Assembly: GCA_046327815.1 (NCBI GenBank)
Contig: JAXLXR010000014.1
Span: 3,706-67,705 of the forward strand
Reading direction: 5' to 3'
DNA: 64,000 nt
DNA from: Candidatus Eiseniibacteriota bacterium
GTDB lineage: Bacteria; Eisenbacteria; RBG-16-71-46
Positions within the stretch are counted from its first letter, which is position 1, and each line of letters begins with the position of its first letter. The notes beneath the pieces were generated by a model. That model had not been told where the DNA came from, did not search any database, and saw only the letters and a list, made by a program, of their open reading frames with translations. This document shows positions 27,694-37,756 of this stretch, piece by piece. Both the position numbers and the translations under genes were made by a program.

Positions 27694-28989
27694 ATGACCA
27701 CACCCACCCGCTTCCTCGAGCAGCGCCGCGCTCGCGCGGCGGCCGCATTCGCGACCACCTCGGACGTCGTCCTGGTCTCCGCCGGTGAACCCATCGGCGT
27801 GCCCGGCGGCGCCGACCAGACCTACCCGTTCCTCGCCCACGCGGAATACGTGTGGCTGACCGACCACGAGCATCCCGGGGCCGTGCTCGCCTACGACCCG
27901 GCCGAAGGCTGGACCGACTTCATTCCCGAAACCACCGTGGCCGAACGCGTGTGGGAAGGCCGCGGCGACGCCCCCGGCACGCCCTTCTCGAAGTTCGGCG
28001 CGTGGCTCGAGGCCCGCAAGGGCCGCCGCATCGTGCAGCTGGGCTGCGCGCTGGCGGGCGTGGCCGACGATCCCGCGCGGGCCGCGGAACTGCGCGAAGC
28101 GCTCACCCACGCACGCCGCCCGAAGGACGAAGCCGAGCTCGACCGCCTGCGCGCGGCCTGCGCGGCGAGCGCCACGGCGTACGCGCGCCTGCGCGGCCAC
28201 GTGAAGCCCGGCGTGAGCGAGCGCGAGCTGCAGGTCGAGCTCGAGGCCGACTTCTTCCGCGCGGGCGGCGACCGCACCGGCTACGGCAGCATCGTGGCCG
28301 CCGGCTCGAACTCCGCGGTGCTGCACTTCGCGCCCGGCGAACGCCGGCTGAAGGCCGGCGACACGCTGCTGATCGACGCGGGCGCCGAGATCCGGCGCTA
28401 CACATCGGACGTCACCCGCACCTGGCGGGTGCCGGGCGGCGATGCCGGCTTCTTCCGCGAGCTGTACTCGGTCGTGCTCGGCATCGAGGAGCGCGGCGTG
28501 GCGGGCTGCGTGAAGGGCGCCGAGTGGCGCGACCTGCACTGCGACGCCGGGCGCGGCGTGCTCGCGGGGCTGATCGGCATGGGCCTGCTCAAGGGCGAGG
28601 TCGATGCGCTGTTCGAGCGCGACGTGCACGCCCTGTTCTTCCCGCACGGCCTCGGCCACCTGGTCGGGCTCGGCGTGCGCGACGCGAGCGGCTACCTGCC
28701 GGGGCGCACGCGCAGCACGCGGCCCGGGCTGAACATGCTGCGCACCGACCTGCCGCTGCAGCCGGACTACGTCATCACGGTCGAGCCGGGCATCTACTTC
28801 ATCCCGGCGCTGCTCCACGACCCCGACACGCGCGCGAAGTACGCCGACTGCGTCGCGTGGTCGAAGGTGGACGCGCACATGGAGTTCGGCGGCATCCGCA
28901 TCGAGGACAACGTCCGGATCACCGAGGGCGCGCCCGAGAACCTCACGGTCGCGATCCCGAAGACGCTCGAGTCGGCACTGCTCGGTTGA
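27694..28989 (+). CDS. pepP: Xaa-Pro aminopeptidase (peptidase M24B)
   Basis: ORF 431 aa. Motifs: IDAGAEIRRYTSDVTRT, HGLGHLVGLGVRD, VEPGIY, GGIRIEDNV (pita-bread metal ligands). Confidence 0.85.
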   Translation: MTTPTRFLEQRRARAAAAFATTSDVVLVSAGEPIGVPGGADQTYPFLAHAEYVWLTDHEHPGAVLAYDPAEGWTDFIPETTVAERVWEGRGDAPGTPFSKFGAWLEARKGRRIVQLGCALAGVADDPARAAELREALTHARRPKDEAELDRLRAACAASATAYARLRGHVKPGVSERELQVELEADFFRAGGDRTGYGSIVAAGSNSAVLHFAPGERRLKAGDTLLIDAGAEIRRYTSDVTRTWRVPGGDAGFFRELYSVVLGIEERGVAGCVKGAEWRDLHCDAGRGVLAGLIGMGLLKGEVDALFERDVHALFFPHGLGHLVGLGVRDASGYLPGRTRSTRPGLNMLRTDLPLQPDYVITVEPGIYFIPALLHDPDTRAKYADCVAWSKVDAHMEFGGIRIEDNVRITEGAPENLTVAIPKTLESALLG

Positions 28990-29003
28990 CGCCGCGCACG
29001 CAC

Positions 29004-29033
29004 GAACGGCCACCGCGCTCGCGGTGGCCGTTC
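29004..29033. terminator. bidirectional stem-loop between convergent genes
   Basis: GAACGGCCACCGC-GCTC-GCGGTGGCCGTTC, a 13-bp perfect stem between the pepP stop (28989) and the GIY-YIG gene stop (29054). Confidence 0.55.
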
Positions 29034-29053
29034 GCGTTCCGCGCGTCGCGCCG

Positions 29054-29431
29054 TCAGATGCCGGTCGACTTCTCGACGTGGTAGCCCGCGCCGTAGAGCT
29101 GCTTCAGCCGCTCGTGCCACATCGTCTCGAGCGCCTGCAGCTCCTTGCGCGGATCCCACGACGCCGCACTCTCGGGCGGCGACAACGTGTCGAGCGTCTC
29201 GAACACGAACGCCTCGGCGCCGAAGCGCCGCCAGTCGCGCTGCAGGTTCGGGTTCGGGTGCGAGCCCATGTCGAGCTGGAAGCGCTGGCGGTTCAGCATC
29301 GCCGGGACGTCGGCGCTGCTGCCGATGTACCAGCGGCCGCTTTCGCGATGGCAGACGCGGAACAGCCCCACGGTGCGCGGCGTCTCGAGGTACTCGCGCT
29401 TCTTCGCCTTGCGGTCGTCGTGCGTGCTCAC
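29054..29431 (-). CDS. GIY-YIG nuclease-family protein
   Basis: Last 125 codons of ORF 29054..30217. GTG 29431 overlaps the beta-lactamase stop (GTGA), with GGAGGA just upstream. Motifs: GLFRV...WYIGSS...NRQRFQL...FVFETL. Confidence 0.6.
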   Translation of the reverse strand: MSTHDDRKAKKREYLETPRTVGLFRVCHRESGRWYIGSSADVPAMLNRQRFQLDMGSHPNPNLQRDWRRFGAEAFVFETLDTLSPPESAASWDPRKELQALETMWHERLKQLYGAGYHVEKSTGI

Positions 29432-30267
29432 CGGTCCTCCGGCAGCGCATCCAGCACCCGCAGCGCGGCGCGCGCGATGCGCTCGCGCTTCGGCAGGTCC
29501 TCGGCGCCTCGGGCGAGATCGACGTTCACCGCGAAGTACACCGTGCCCTCCGCCCGTTCGAGCCAGCCGACGAACCAGCCGAGATTGCCGTTGCGGCTCC
29601 CCGACCAGCCGGTCTTGCCGCGCAGCACCCACTCGCGCGTCGCGTCCACGATCATCGCGTCCTTCACGAGCCGCTGGTGCTCGGGCGAGAACGGCAGCGC
29701 GTTGTGGCGCAGCCGGCGCAGGAACTCGACCTGCTCGACCGCCGAAATGCGCAGGTCTCCGTCGATCCAGAAGCGGTCGATCGCGCCGCCGGGATCGGCG
29801 TTGCCGTAGCCGGCGCGCACGAGGTACGCGCGTTCGCGGTTCGCGCCCAGCGCGCGCGCGAACCGCTGGTACACCCAGAGCACCGAGCGGCTCATCGACG
29901 TGCGCAGCGTCTGGTCGGCATCCCAGCCGTCGAACTCGCCGGGGATCGAGTCCCACGGGAACACCGTGAACTCGTCCTTCACGAGCCCGGCGTCGAGCGC
30001 GAACAGCGCGTGCGGAATCTTGAACGTGGACGCAGGCACGTAGCGCCGGCTCGCGCGCGCGAGATCGTACGCGCCGCGCAGCCCGGTGCGCTCGTCGTAC
30101 ACCGCGATCGTGCCGGCGAGGCTCTCGGCCGCGAAGCACGCGCCCCATTCCGGATGCTCCGTCCAGCCGGCCGCGGCCGGCGGCGCGGCCGCCTGCGCGG
30201 TGCGACCGGCGGCGCACGCGAGCGCCACGGCGCAGACCAGCAGGAGGCGGCGAAGCGGTCCCCTCAC
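29428..30267 (-). CDS. class D (OXA-type) beta-lactamase
   Basis: Last 279 codons of ORF 29428..30588. GTG 30267 overlaps the upstream stop (GTGA). Signal/lipobox LLLVCAVALACAAG. Motifs: STFK, YGN, FWIDGDLRISAVEQVEFL, KTGWS. Confidence 0.8.
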   Translation of the reverse strand: MRGPLRRLLLVCAVALACAAGRTAQAAAPPAAAGWTEHPEWGACFAAESLAGTIAVYDERTGLRGAYDLARASRRYVPASTFKIPHALFALDAGLVKDEFTVFPWDSIPGEFDGWDADQTLRTSMSRSVLWVYQRFARALGANRERAYLVRAGYGNADPGGAIDRFWIDGDLRISAVEQVEFLRRLRHNALPFSPEHQRLVKDAMIVDATREWVLRGKTGWSGSRNGNLGWFVGWLERAEGTVYFAVNVDLARGAEDLPKRERIARAALRVLDALPEDR

Positions 30268-30956
30268 GCGGCGTACTTCCACACGGCCACGAAATGACAC
30301 GCGGTGCCGGCCATCACCGCGAGGTGCCACACGAAGTGCGCGTACTTCACGCGCGGCAGCACGTACGGCACCACGCCCGCCGTGTACGCGAGCCCGCCGG
30401 CGAGCAGCCACGCGATGCCGGCCGGCTCCATGCGCTCGACGAGCGGCTTCGCGGCGATCACGACCATCCAGCCCATCGCGAGGTAGAGCGCGACCGACAG
30501 CTTCGGCCAGCGGAAGCCCGCCGCGGACTTGAGCACGATGCCCGCGATCGCGAGCGTCCACAGCACGCCGAACAGCGACCAGCCCCACGGTCCGCGCAGC
30601 ACCCCGATCGTGAACGGCGTGTAGGTGCCGGCGATGAGCAGGTAGATCGCGGCGTGATCGAGCACGCGCAGCACGCGCTTCGCGCGCGGGTTCGGGATCG
30701 CGTGATACAGGGTCGAAGCCAGGTACAGCAGCGCGAGCGTGGTGGCGAACACGGCGGCGCCGGTCACGGCGAACGCGCCGCGCGGCAGCACGTGAGCGAC
30801 GAGGAACGGCAGCGCGACGAGCGTCGCCAGCAGGCCGACGCCGTGGCTGACGCTGTTCGCGATCTCCTCGCCCGTGGTCTGCGGGCGGGACGTGCGGGCT
30901 GCGGTGTTCACGGACGGGACTCCGAGGGAGCGGGTGGGATCGCGCGGCGCGGACAA
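30264..30956 (-). CDS. hemolysin III / PAQR family membrane protein
   Basis: ORF 230 aa. Seven hydrophobic segments. Motifs: SHGVG, LYLASTLYH, DHAAIYLLIAGTYTP, FVWHL. Confidence 0.8.
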   Translation of the reverse strand: MSAPRDPTRSLGVPSVNTAARTSRPQTTGEEIANSVSHGVGLLATLVALPFLVAHVLPRGAFAVTGAAVFATTLALLYLASTLYHAIPNPRAKRVLRVLDHAAIYLLIAGTYTPFTIGVLRGPWGWSLFGVLWTLAIAGIVLKSAAGFRWPKLSVALYLAMGWMVVIAAKPLVERMEPAGIAWLLAGGLAYTAGVVPYVLPRVKYAHFVWHLAVMAGTACHFVAVWKYAA

Positions 30957-30980
30957 ACTAGCACCCGGCGGTTCAGGCGT

Positions 30981-31021
30981 GAAAAGAGTCCGGCCCCGGC
31001 CGCACGAGGCGACCGGGGCCG
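30981..31021 (-). terminator. intrinsic terminator after pckG
   Basis: On the minus strand: CGGCCCCGG - 13-nt loop - CCGGGGCCG followed by GACTCTTTTCA. Begins 20 nt past the pckG stop. Confidence 0.55.
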
Positions 31022-31040
31022 AACGTGCTGCGATCGGGCG

Positions 31041-32837
31041 TCAGACCTTCGCGCCCGCGCCCTGCAGGCGCTTCTCGAGCGAGGCGAGCTCGTCCTTGAG
31101 GCCCTGCGGCATCTTGTCGCCGAACTTCTCGTAGTGCTTCTTGAACTCGGCGAGCTGGGCCGTCCAGCCTTCGACGTCCACCTTCGTGAGCTCGTCCATG
31201 GCGGCCGCGTCCACCTTGAGGCCGTTCGTGTCGAGCGCACCCGGCGCCGGCAGGCGGCCGATCGGCGTGTCCACCGCCGTCGCCGTGCCCGTCACGCGCT
31301 CGAACACCCACTTGAGCACGCGGCTGTTCTCGCCGTAACCCGGCCACAGGAATTTGCCTTCCGCGCTCTTGCGGAACCAGTTCACGTAGAAGATGCGCGG
31401 CAGCTTCGCACCGTCGGCCTTGGCGCCCACCTTGAGCCAGTGACCGAAGTAGTCACCCATGTGGTAGCCGCAGAACGGCAGCATCGCGAACGGGTCGAAC
31501 CGCAGCGCGCCCACGGCGCCCGCGGCGGCGGCGGTCGTCTCGGAGCTCATGATCGAGCCGAGGAACGTGCCGTGCTGCCACGAGAGCGCTTCGTTGACGA
31601 GCGGCATGACGGTCGCGCGGCGGCCGCCGAACAGGATCGCCGAGATCGGCACGCCGGCGGGGTTCTGCCACTCCGACGAGATCACCGGGCACTGGCTCGC
31701 GGGAACGCAGAAGCGCGCGTTCGGGTGCGACGCCTTGCGGCCGCTGGTGGGCGTCCACGGACGGCGGAGCCAGTCGGTCAGTTCGGCCGGCGGCACGTCG
31801 GACATCTCTTCCCACCAGATGTCCTTGTCGGGCGTGAGACCGCAGTTCGTGAAGATCGCGTTCTTCTCGATGGACTTCATCGCGTTGAGGTTGCTCTTGT
31901 CGCTCGTGCCCGGGGCGACGCCGAAGAAGCCGGCCTCGGGGTTGATCGCGTAGAGCCGGCCGTCCGGGCCGAACTTCATCCAGGCGATGTCGTCGCCGAC
32001 CGTCTCGACCTTCCAGCCCGGGATCGTGGGCTGCAGCATGGCGAGGTTGGTCTTGCCGCAGGCCGACGGGAACGCCGCGGCGACGTAGATCTTCTCGCCC
32101 TTCGGGTTCGTGATGCCGAGGATCAGCATGTGCTCGGCAAGCCAGCCCTCGTCGCGCGCCTGCACCGACGCGATGCGGAGCGCGTGGCACTTCTTGCCCA
32201 GAAGGGCGTTGCCGCCGTAGCCCGAGCCGTACGACCAGATCTCGCGCGTCTCCGGGAAGTGGCAGATGTACTTGGTCTTCGCGTTGCAGGGCCACGGCGT
32301 GTCCTGCTGCGCCGGGTTCTCGAGCGGAGCGCCGACCGAGTGCAGGCCGCGCACGAACTCGCCGTCACCCAGCGCCTCGAGCACCTTCGTGCCCACGCGC
32401 GCCATGATGTGCATGCTCGCGACGACGTACGCGGAGTCCGTCAGCTCGACGCCGATCTTCGCGATCGGCGAGCCGATCGGGCCCATGCTGTACGGGATCA
32501 CGTACATCGTGCGGCCCTTCATGGAGCCGGTGAAGAGCGGCTTCAGGAGCGCCTTGGTCTCCTCGGGGTCCTTCCAGTTGTTCGTCGGGCCGGCGTCGTC
32601 CTTGGACTTCGAGCAGATGAACGTGAACTCCTCGACGCGCGCCACGTCGGCGGGATCGGAACGCACGTAGATGCTGTGCGGGCGCTTCGCCTCGTTCAGG
32701 CGAATGGCCGTGCCGCTCTGTTCCATCAGGTGCAGCATGCGGTCGTACTCGGCCGGCGATCCGTCGCACCACACGACGGCATCGGGCTGGGTCATGGCCG
32801 CGACTTCCTTCACCCACGTTTCGAGCTGCTTATTCAT
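31041..32837 (-). CDS. pckG: phosphoenolpyruvate carboxykinase (GTP)
   Basis: Last 598 codons of ORF 31041..33125. Start at ATG 32837 ([12 protein letters not shown]). Motifs: [10 protein letters not shown]-loop, [17 protein letters not shown]. Confidence 0.9.
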   Translation of the reverse strand: MNKQLETWVKEVAAMTQPDAVVWCDGSPAEYDRMLHLMEQSGTAIRLNEAKRPHSIYVRSDPADVARVEEFTFICSKSKDDAGPTNNWKDPEETKALLKPLFTGSMKGRTMYVIPYSMGPIGSPIAKIGVELTDSAYVVASMHIMARVGTKVLEALGDGEFVRGLHSVGAPLENPAQQDTPWPCNAKTKYICHFPETREIWSYGSGYGGNALLGKKCHALRIASVQARDEGWLAEHMLILGITNPKGEKIYVAAAFPSACGKTNLAMLQPTIPGWKVETVGDDIAWMKFGPDGRLYAINPEAGFFGVAPGTSDKSNLNAMKSIEKNAIFTNCGLTPDKDIWWEEMSDVPPAELTDWLRRPWTPTSGRKASHPNARFCVPASQCPVISSEWQNPAGVPISAILFGGRRATVMPLVNEALSWQHGTFLGSIMSSETTAAAAGAVGALRFDPFAMLPFCGYHMGDYFGHWLKVGAKADGAKLPRIFYVNWFRKSAEGKFLWPGYGENSRVLKWVFERVTGTATAVDTPIGRLPAPGALDTNGLKVDAAAMDELTKVDVEGWTAQLAEFKKHYEKFGDKMPQGLKDELASLEKRLQGAGAKV

Positions 32838-33172
32838 GGCGTGAACCGCCTTTCGTTCGGAAGAGGTCGGTGTCGCTGGAACGTCCGTTTCACGATTTTC
32901 GCCCGCGCTCGGCGCGGGCACCGGTCGCGCACCCCACGGGCGCGCACATGGCTCGGACTGCGGCAGTCTAGCCCCGGACCGGGGCCGGATGCCACGCGCG
33001 AGAACCGGATTTCGGGCCCGCCCGGGGCCGCGCGACATTCGTGACAAGGTTCGGACCCGCGAAAACGAATCGTCAGGCGGCCGCCCGGGCGGGGCGAGTT
33101 TCGCGCCGCGGCGGCCGTGGTCCATACTGCGCGGCCCGCGTTGCTCGACGACGACTCCGGAGCCTCCGACGC

Positions 33173-34501
33173 ATGTCCGCCGACTGGCTGAAGCTGCTGT
33201 CCACCGCGCGTTTCGGCGCCCCCGAAGACCAGGCCCCCGCGCGCTCGCCGTTCCAGCGCGACTACGACCGCGTGCTGTTCAGTGGTGCGTTCCGGCGGCT
33301 CGCCGACAAGACCCAGGTCTTCCCGCTGCCCTACGACGACCACGTGCACTCGCGGCTGACCCACAGCCTCGAGGTCGCGAGCATCGGCCGGTCGCTCGGC
33401 ACGCTGGTGGGCACGCGGGTGCTCGAGCGGCAGCCGTCGCTCGCCGAGAAGCTCGACGCCCGCGACTTCGGCGACTGCGTGGCAGCGGCCTGTCTCGCGC
33501 ACGACCTCGGCAATCCCCCGTTCGGGCACGTCGGCGAGGACGCGATCAAGGAGTTCTTCGCGCGCGAGAAGCCGATCTGGGACCGCCTCGACGAGCGCCA
33601 GCGCGGCGACCTGCTGGCGTTCGAGGGCAACGCCCAGACGCTGCGGATCGTCACGCGGCTCGAGCGCCCTTCGCGCCACGGCGGCCTGCAGCTCACGCTG
33701 GCGACGCTCGGCGCGCTCGTGAAGTACCCGTGCAGTTCGCTCGCGGCGTCCAAGGACGCGCCCGCGAAGGGCCGCAAGAAACCCGGCCTGTTCGACGCCG
33801 ACGTCGCGGTCTGGGACGAAGTGGCGCTGGGCCTCGGCCTCGCCCGCACCGGCGACGAGCACTGGCAGCGCCACCCGCTGGCGTTCCTCGCCGAAGCCGC
33901 GGACGACATCGCGTACCTGCTGCTCGACCTCGAGGACGGGCTGCGGCTCAAGCACGTGAGCGAGGAGGTGTTCCTCGACTGCCTGCGCCCGTTGTGCGAA
34001 GCGAGCGACCGCTGCCCCGATCTCACGCCCGGCGCCGGCGACTACAACGCGCGCATGGACCGCGCCGACCTGCTGCGCGCGATCGCGGTCAACACGCTCG
34101 TGCACGACGCGGCCGACGCCTTCGACCGCGCGCACGACGCGCTGCTCGGGGGTACGCACACCGACGAGCTCAAGACTTCCATGCGGCACCGCGACGCGAT
34201 GAAGCGCATCTCGAAGGTCTGCCTCGAGCGCTGCTACCGCGCGCGCGACGTGCTCAAGATGGAACTGGCCGGCGCCGAGGCGATCCAGGGCCTGCTCGCG
34301 ATCTTCGTGGGCGCGCTCGAGGACGAAGGCTCGCTGCGCGGCGGGCACCTGCGGCGGCTCTACCCGCGACTGTTCGCGCCCGCCACGGCGTACGAACAGC
34401 TGCAGCGGCTCACCGACCACATCTCCGGCATGACCGATCACTACGCGGTGCGGCTCTACCGCGAGCTGCGCGGCATGCGCTACCCCGGCGGGCGCGACTA
34501 G
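33173..34501 (+). CDS. dgt: dGTP triphosphohydrolase-like HD-domain protein
   Basis: Within ORF 33041..34501. Start at ATG 33173 ([14 protein letters not shown]). Motifs: [40 protein letters not shown]. Confidence 0.85.
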   Translation: MSADWLKLLSTARFGAPEDQAPARSPFQRDYDRVLFSGAFRRLADKTQVFPLPYDDHVHSRLTHSLEVASIGRSLGTLVGTRVLERQPSLAEKLDARDFGDCVAAACLAHDLGNPPFGHVGEDAIKEFFAREKPIWDRLDERQRGDLLAFEGNAQTLRIVTRLERPSRHGGLQLTLATLGALVKYPCSSLAASKDAPAKGRKKPGLFDADVAVWDEVALGLGLARTGDEHWQRHPLAFLAEAADDIAYLLLDLEDGLRLKHVSEEVFLDCLRPLCEASDRCPDLTPGAGDYNARMDRADLLRAIAVNTLVHDAADAFDRAHDALLGGTHTDELKTSMRHRDAMKRISKVCLERCYRARDVLKMELAGAEAIQGLLAIFVGALEDEGSLRGGHLRRLYPRLFAPATAYEQLQRLTDHISGMTDHYAVRLYRELRGMRYPGGRD

Positions 34502-34505
34502 GCCG

Positions 34506-35708
34506 CTACCGCGGCTTCGCGCCCTGCGCGATCCACGCGCCGAGCGTGTCGCGCTCGGCATCGGTGATGCCGGTCAGGTTGCCGAGCGGCATGGTCTTCG
34601 TCTCGACCGCGCGCACGCGAATACGTTCGGCCAGCGCCACGATGCGTTCGGGATCGTCGAAGCGCACGCCCGCGGGCGGTTCGGTGAACGACGGATTCGT
34701 CGGGTGCGTGGCGTGGCAGGTGACGCAGCGCCGTTCGATCACGCCGCGCGCCGTGGCGAAGCTGACCGCACCGATGCCGCGCGCGCCCGCGGACTCGACG
34801 GCCGCGTGCCGGCGCGGCGCGGTGAGCCCCGCGAGCGCGAGCAGCGACACCACGCCCGCTCCGAGCGCCCAGAGCGGCGTGCGCCCGCGCAGGTTCATCC
34901 ACAACTTGAACGACGCGCCGAACACCACGAACAGCGTGAGCACCACCGCGGGCTGCGTGTTGCCGTACATCCCCGGGAAGTGGTTGCTGAGCATGCAGAA
35001 CACGACCGGGAACGTCATGTAGTGGTTGTGCGTACTGCGCTGCTTGGCGCGCGCGCCGAGCGAAGTGTCCACCGCCGTGCCCGCGCGGGTCGCGGCGAGC
35101 ATCTGCGTCTGCGCGGGAATGATCCGGCGCCACACGTTCGCGGCCATGATCGTGGCCATGAGCGCGCCGGTCTGCAGGTACGCGGCGCGGGCCGAGAACG
35201 CGTGCGTGAAGCCCACGATCGCCACCACGAGCAACGCGAACGACACGAGCCCCGCGACGGCCGGCCGCTTCGCGAGCGGCGACATCCAGAGCGCGTCGTA
35301 CAGGAGCCAGCCGGCGACGAGGCTGCCGCCCGACAGCGCGATCGCCTGCCCCACCGACAGCGACGAGACCGCGTTGTCGAGCAGGAACGCGTGGCCGCCG
35401 ATCCAGTACACCACGACGAGAAGCGCGAAACCGGAAAGCCAGGTCGTGTACGACTGCCACTTGAACCAGTGGAGGTTTTCGGGCAACTCTCCGGGCGCGA
35501 GCGTGCGCCGCTTCACCATCTCGTAGAAGCCGCCGCTGTGCACCATCCACAGCTCACCCGCGACGTCGCCGTCGCGCGGCCGGGACGGCTTCTCGAGGTG
35601 GCTGTCCATCCACATGAACAGGAACGAGTCGCCGACCCACATGATCGCGGCGATCAGGTGGGTCCAGCGCAGCAGGATGTTCAGCCACTCCGAAAGCATC
35701 GCGGGCAT
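34506..35708 (-). CDS. polytopic membrane protein with C-terminal cytochrome c domain (urate hydroxylase PuuD-like)
   Basis: Last 400 codons of ORF 34506..36101. Start at ATG 35708 (MPAMLSEWLNILLRWTHLIAAIMWVGDSFLFMW). C-terminal CVTCHA heme-binding motif. Confidence 0.55.
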   Translation of the reverse strand: MPAMLSEWLNILLRWTHLIAAIMWVGDSFLFMWMDSHLEKPSRPRDGDVAGELWMVHSGGFYEMVKRRTLAPGELPENLHWFKWQSYTTWLSGFALLVVVYWIGGHAFLLDNAVSSLSVGQAIALSGGSLVAGWLLYDALWMSPLAKRPAVAGLVSFALLVVAIVGFTHAFSARAAYLQTGALMATIMAANVWRRIIPAQTQMLAATRAGTAVDTSLGARAKQRSTHNHYMTFPVVFCMLSNHFPGMYGNTQPAVVLTLFVVFGASFKLWMNLRGRTPLWALGAGVVSLLALAGLTAPRRHAAVESAGARGIGAVSFATARGVIERRCVTCHATHPTNPSFTEPPAGVRFDDPERIVALAERIRVRAVETKTMPLGNLTGITDAERDTLGAWIAQGAKPR

Positions 35709-35764
35709 GCGGGGGACTCCGAGCGGGGACGACGAAGGATGGGCCGGAGAGGATAAGCCAGGGG

Positions 35765-36184
35765 ATGCGTGAGGCTCCACGGAATACTTCGGCGGCGACC
35801 CGCGAAGTCGCCGCCACGCTGGCGTATCACGGCCACGCCGACGCGGCCGCCGCGCTGAGCGTGCGCGACTGGTCGCGTCCCGAGCGCACCGCGCGCGCGG
35901 TGCGGGCGCTCGCCACCTGCTGGGGACTCGCCGTGCTCGCGGTGTTCCTGCCGGTGCTGCACTTCGTGCTCGTGCCCTCGCTGCTGGTCGCCGGGCCGAT
36001 CGCCGCACTCGCCCGCCTGGGTGAGCACTGCAGCGTGCTCGCCGCGAGCGGCACGTGCCCGGCCTGCGGGACCGCACAGCATTTCGCGGTGAGCGGCGCA
36101 CTGCGCGAACGCACGCCGCTGCGCTGCGAAAGCTGCGGGCGCGCGGTGGAACTCCGCGCGCCCGCCGTCACCCCGCTCGACTGA
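35765..36184 (+). CDS. hypothetical membrane protein with C-terminal zinc-ribbon (CPAC...CESC)
   Basis: ORF 139 aa with GGAGAGG upstream. Two hydrophobic helices, then CPACGTAQHF...LRCESCGR. Confidence 0.4.
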   Translation: MREAPRNTSAATREVAATLAYHGHADAAAALSVRDWSRPERTARAVRALATCWGLAVLAVFLPVLHFVLVPSLLVAGPIAALARLGEHCSVLAASGTCPACGTAQHFAVSGALRERTPLRCESCGRAVELRAPAVTPLD

Positions 36185-36188
36185 GCGG

Positions 36189-37502
36189 CTACATGCGCCG
36201 GCGATCGCGCCGGTCGGTGCCGCGCGACGGCCGGCGGCCGTGCACCGGGCCCGCGGGCGCCGCCGGGGCGGCGGGACGCGGCGCTTCGGAACGCGAGCTG
36301 CGGCCGCCGTCGCGGCCACCGTCGCGGCCGTGACCGCCGTGACCACCGTGGCCCGCGGGCTCGGGCGAGGCCTGGCGGCGCGCGTAGTCGAAGTCCGGGA
36401 CCTGCACGCGCAGGATCGAACGGCCGAGGAACTTCTCGATCGCGTCCACATCGCGACGTTCTTCGGGGCTCATGAGCGTGAACGCGTCGCCGGTCGCCTC
36501 GGCGCGGCCGGTGCGGCCGATGCGGTGCACGTAGTCCTCGGGCGTGTGCGGCACGTCGAAGTTGATCACGTGCGTGATGTCGTCCACGTCGATGCCGCGC
36601 GAGGCGATGTCGGTCGCGACCAGCACCTGCACGCGGCCGCGCTTGAGGTCGCGCAGCGCGCGTTCGCGCTGGCTCTGCGTGCGGTTGCCGTGCAGCGCCG
36701 CGACCGAGTGCCCGCGGCGGTCGAGCTGGCGCGCGAGCCGGTCGGCGCCGTGCTTCGTGCGCACGAACACGATCACGCCGCCCATGGACTCACGCTGCAG
36801 GATCTCGTGCAGCAGGTCGGTCTTGAGGTGCTTCGGGCACGGGTAGATCGCCTGCGTGATGCCGGCGACCGTGCGCGTCGTCGGCGCGAGGTCGATGCGC
36901 ACCGGCTCGACGAGCGCCTGCGCGGCGACCTTGTTCAGGTCGGGCGGCATCGTGGCGGAGAACATGAGCGTCTGCCGCTTCTTCGGCAGCAGGCGCAGGA
37001 TGCGCTGCAGGTCGGGCGCGAAGCCCATGTCCACCATGCGGTCGGCCTCGTCGAGCACGAGCACTTCGATGTCCTCGAACGCGACGCTCTGCCGGCCGTG
37101 CAGGTCGAGCAGGCGTCCCGGCGTGGCGACGAGCAGGTCCACGCCCTCACCGCGGAGCATGCGCTCCTGCGGCTCGATGCGGACGCCGCCGTAGGCGACG
37201 CCCACGCGGATGCGCGTGTAGCGCGCGTAGTCGCGCGCGGCCGTCTCGACCTGTGCGGCGAGTTCGCGCGTGGGCACGAGCACGAGCCCGCGCAGCGCGT
37301 GGAAGCCCTCGAGCAGCCGGGCGAGGATGGGCAGCACGAACGCGGCCGTCTTGCCGCTGCCGGTCTGGGCGGCGCCGACCAGGTCATTCCCTTCGAGGAT
37401 CACGGGAATGGCCTTCTGCTGGATCGGGGTCGGGTTCTGGTAGCCGGCGGCGCGGACTCCGCGCAGGAGCGGCGCGGGCAGGCCGAGAGATGCGAAAGGC
37501 AC
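36189..37502 (-). CDS. rhlE: DEAD-box ATP-dependent RNA helicase with R/G-rich C-terminal tail
   Basis: ORF 437 aa. GTG start with GGAGG 5 nt upstream. Motifs: AQTGSGKT, DEAD, SAT, HGNRTQSQR, HRIGRTGR. Confidence 0.9.
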   Translation of the reverse strand: MPFASLGLPAPLLRGVRAAGYQNPTPIQQKAIPVILEGNDLVGAAQTGSGKTAAFVLPILARLLEGFHALRGLVLVPTRELAAQVETAARDYARYTRIRVGVAYGGVRIEPQERMLRGEGVDLLVATPGRLLDLHGRQSVAFEDIEVLVLDEADRMVDMGFAPDLQRILRLLPKKRQTLMFSATMPPDLNKVAAQALVEPVRIDLAPTTRTVAGITQAIYPCPKHLKTDLLHEILQRESMGGVIVFVRTKHGADRLARQLDRRGHSVAALHGNRTQSQRERALRDLKRGRVQVLVATDIASRGIDVDDITHVINFDVPHTPEDYVHRIGRTGRAEATGDAFTLMSPEERRDVDAIEKFLGRSILRVQVPDFDYARRQASPEPAGHGGHGGHGRDGGRDGGRSSRSEAPRPAAPAAPAGPVHGRRPSRGTDRRDRRRM

Positions 37503-37756
37503 GAAACCTCCGGTGGCTGCGGCGCGACGCGCGCCGCGGGGAGCCTGCCGTCCCGGACGACCTCGTGCGGGCGCAAGCGGGCCGCATCGTACGCGAAACC
37601 GGCCGGGCGCGCGCGGGGCTGGTCGGGGCGAACCGCCCCGCGGGGGCCGCGCCCGCCGCTCGGCGCCCCCCGGCAGGGCGCCGGATGGGTCAAGAAACCC
37701 GCCCGGAAGGCCGAAACCGGCCCCGTGAACCTCCTCTTCTTATAGAGCCCCTGGTG

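Noticed and set aside
32887-33077. GTTTCACGATTTTC (32887-32900) and GAAAACGAATCGTCA (33061-33077) in the pckG/dgt divergent region, both resembling half of the LacI operator motif.
   Set aside because: Only one half-site matches and neither is palindromic. This is insufficient to claim that pckG belongs to the glucan regulon.
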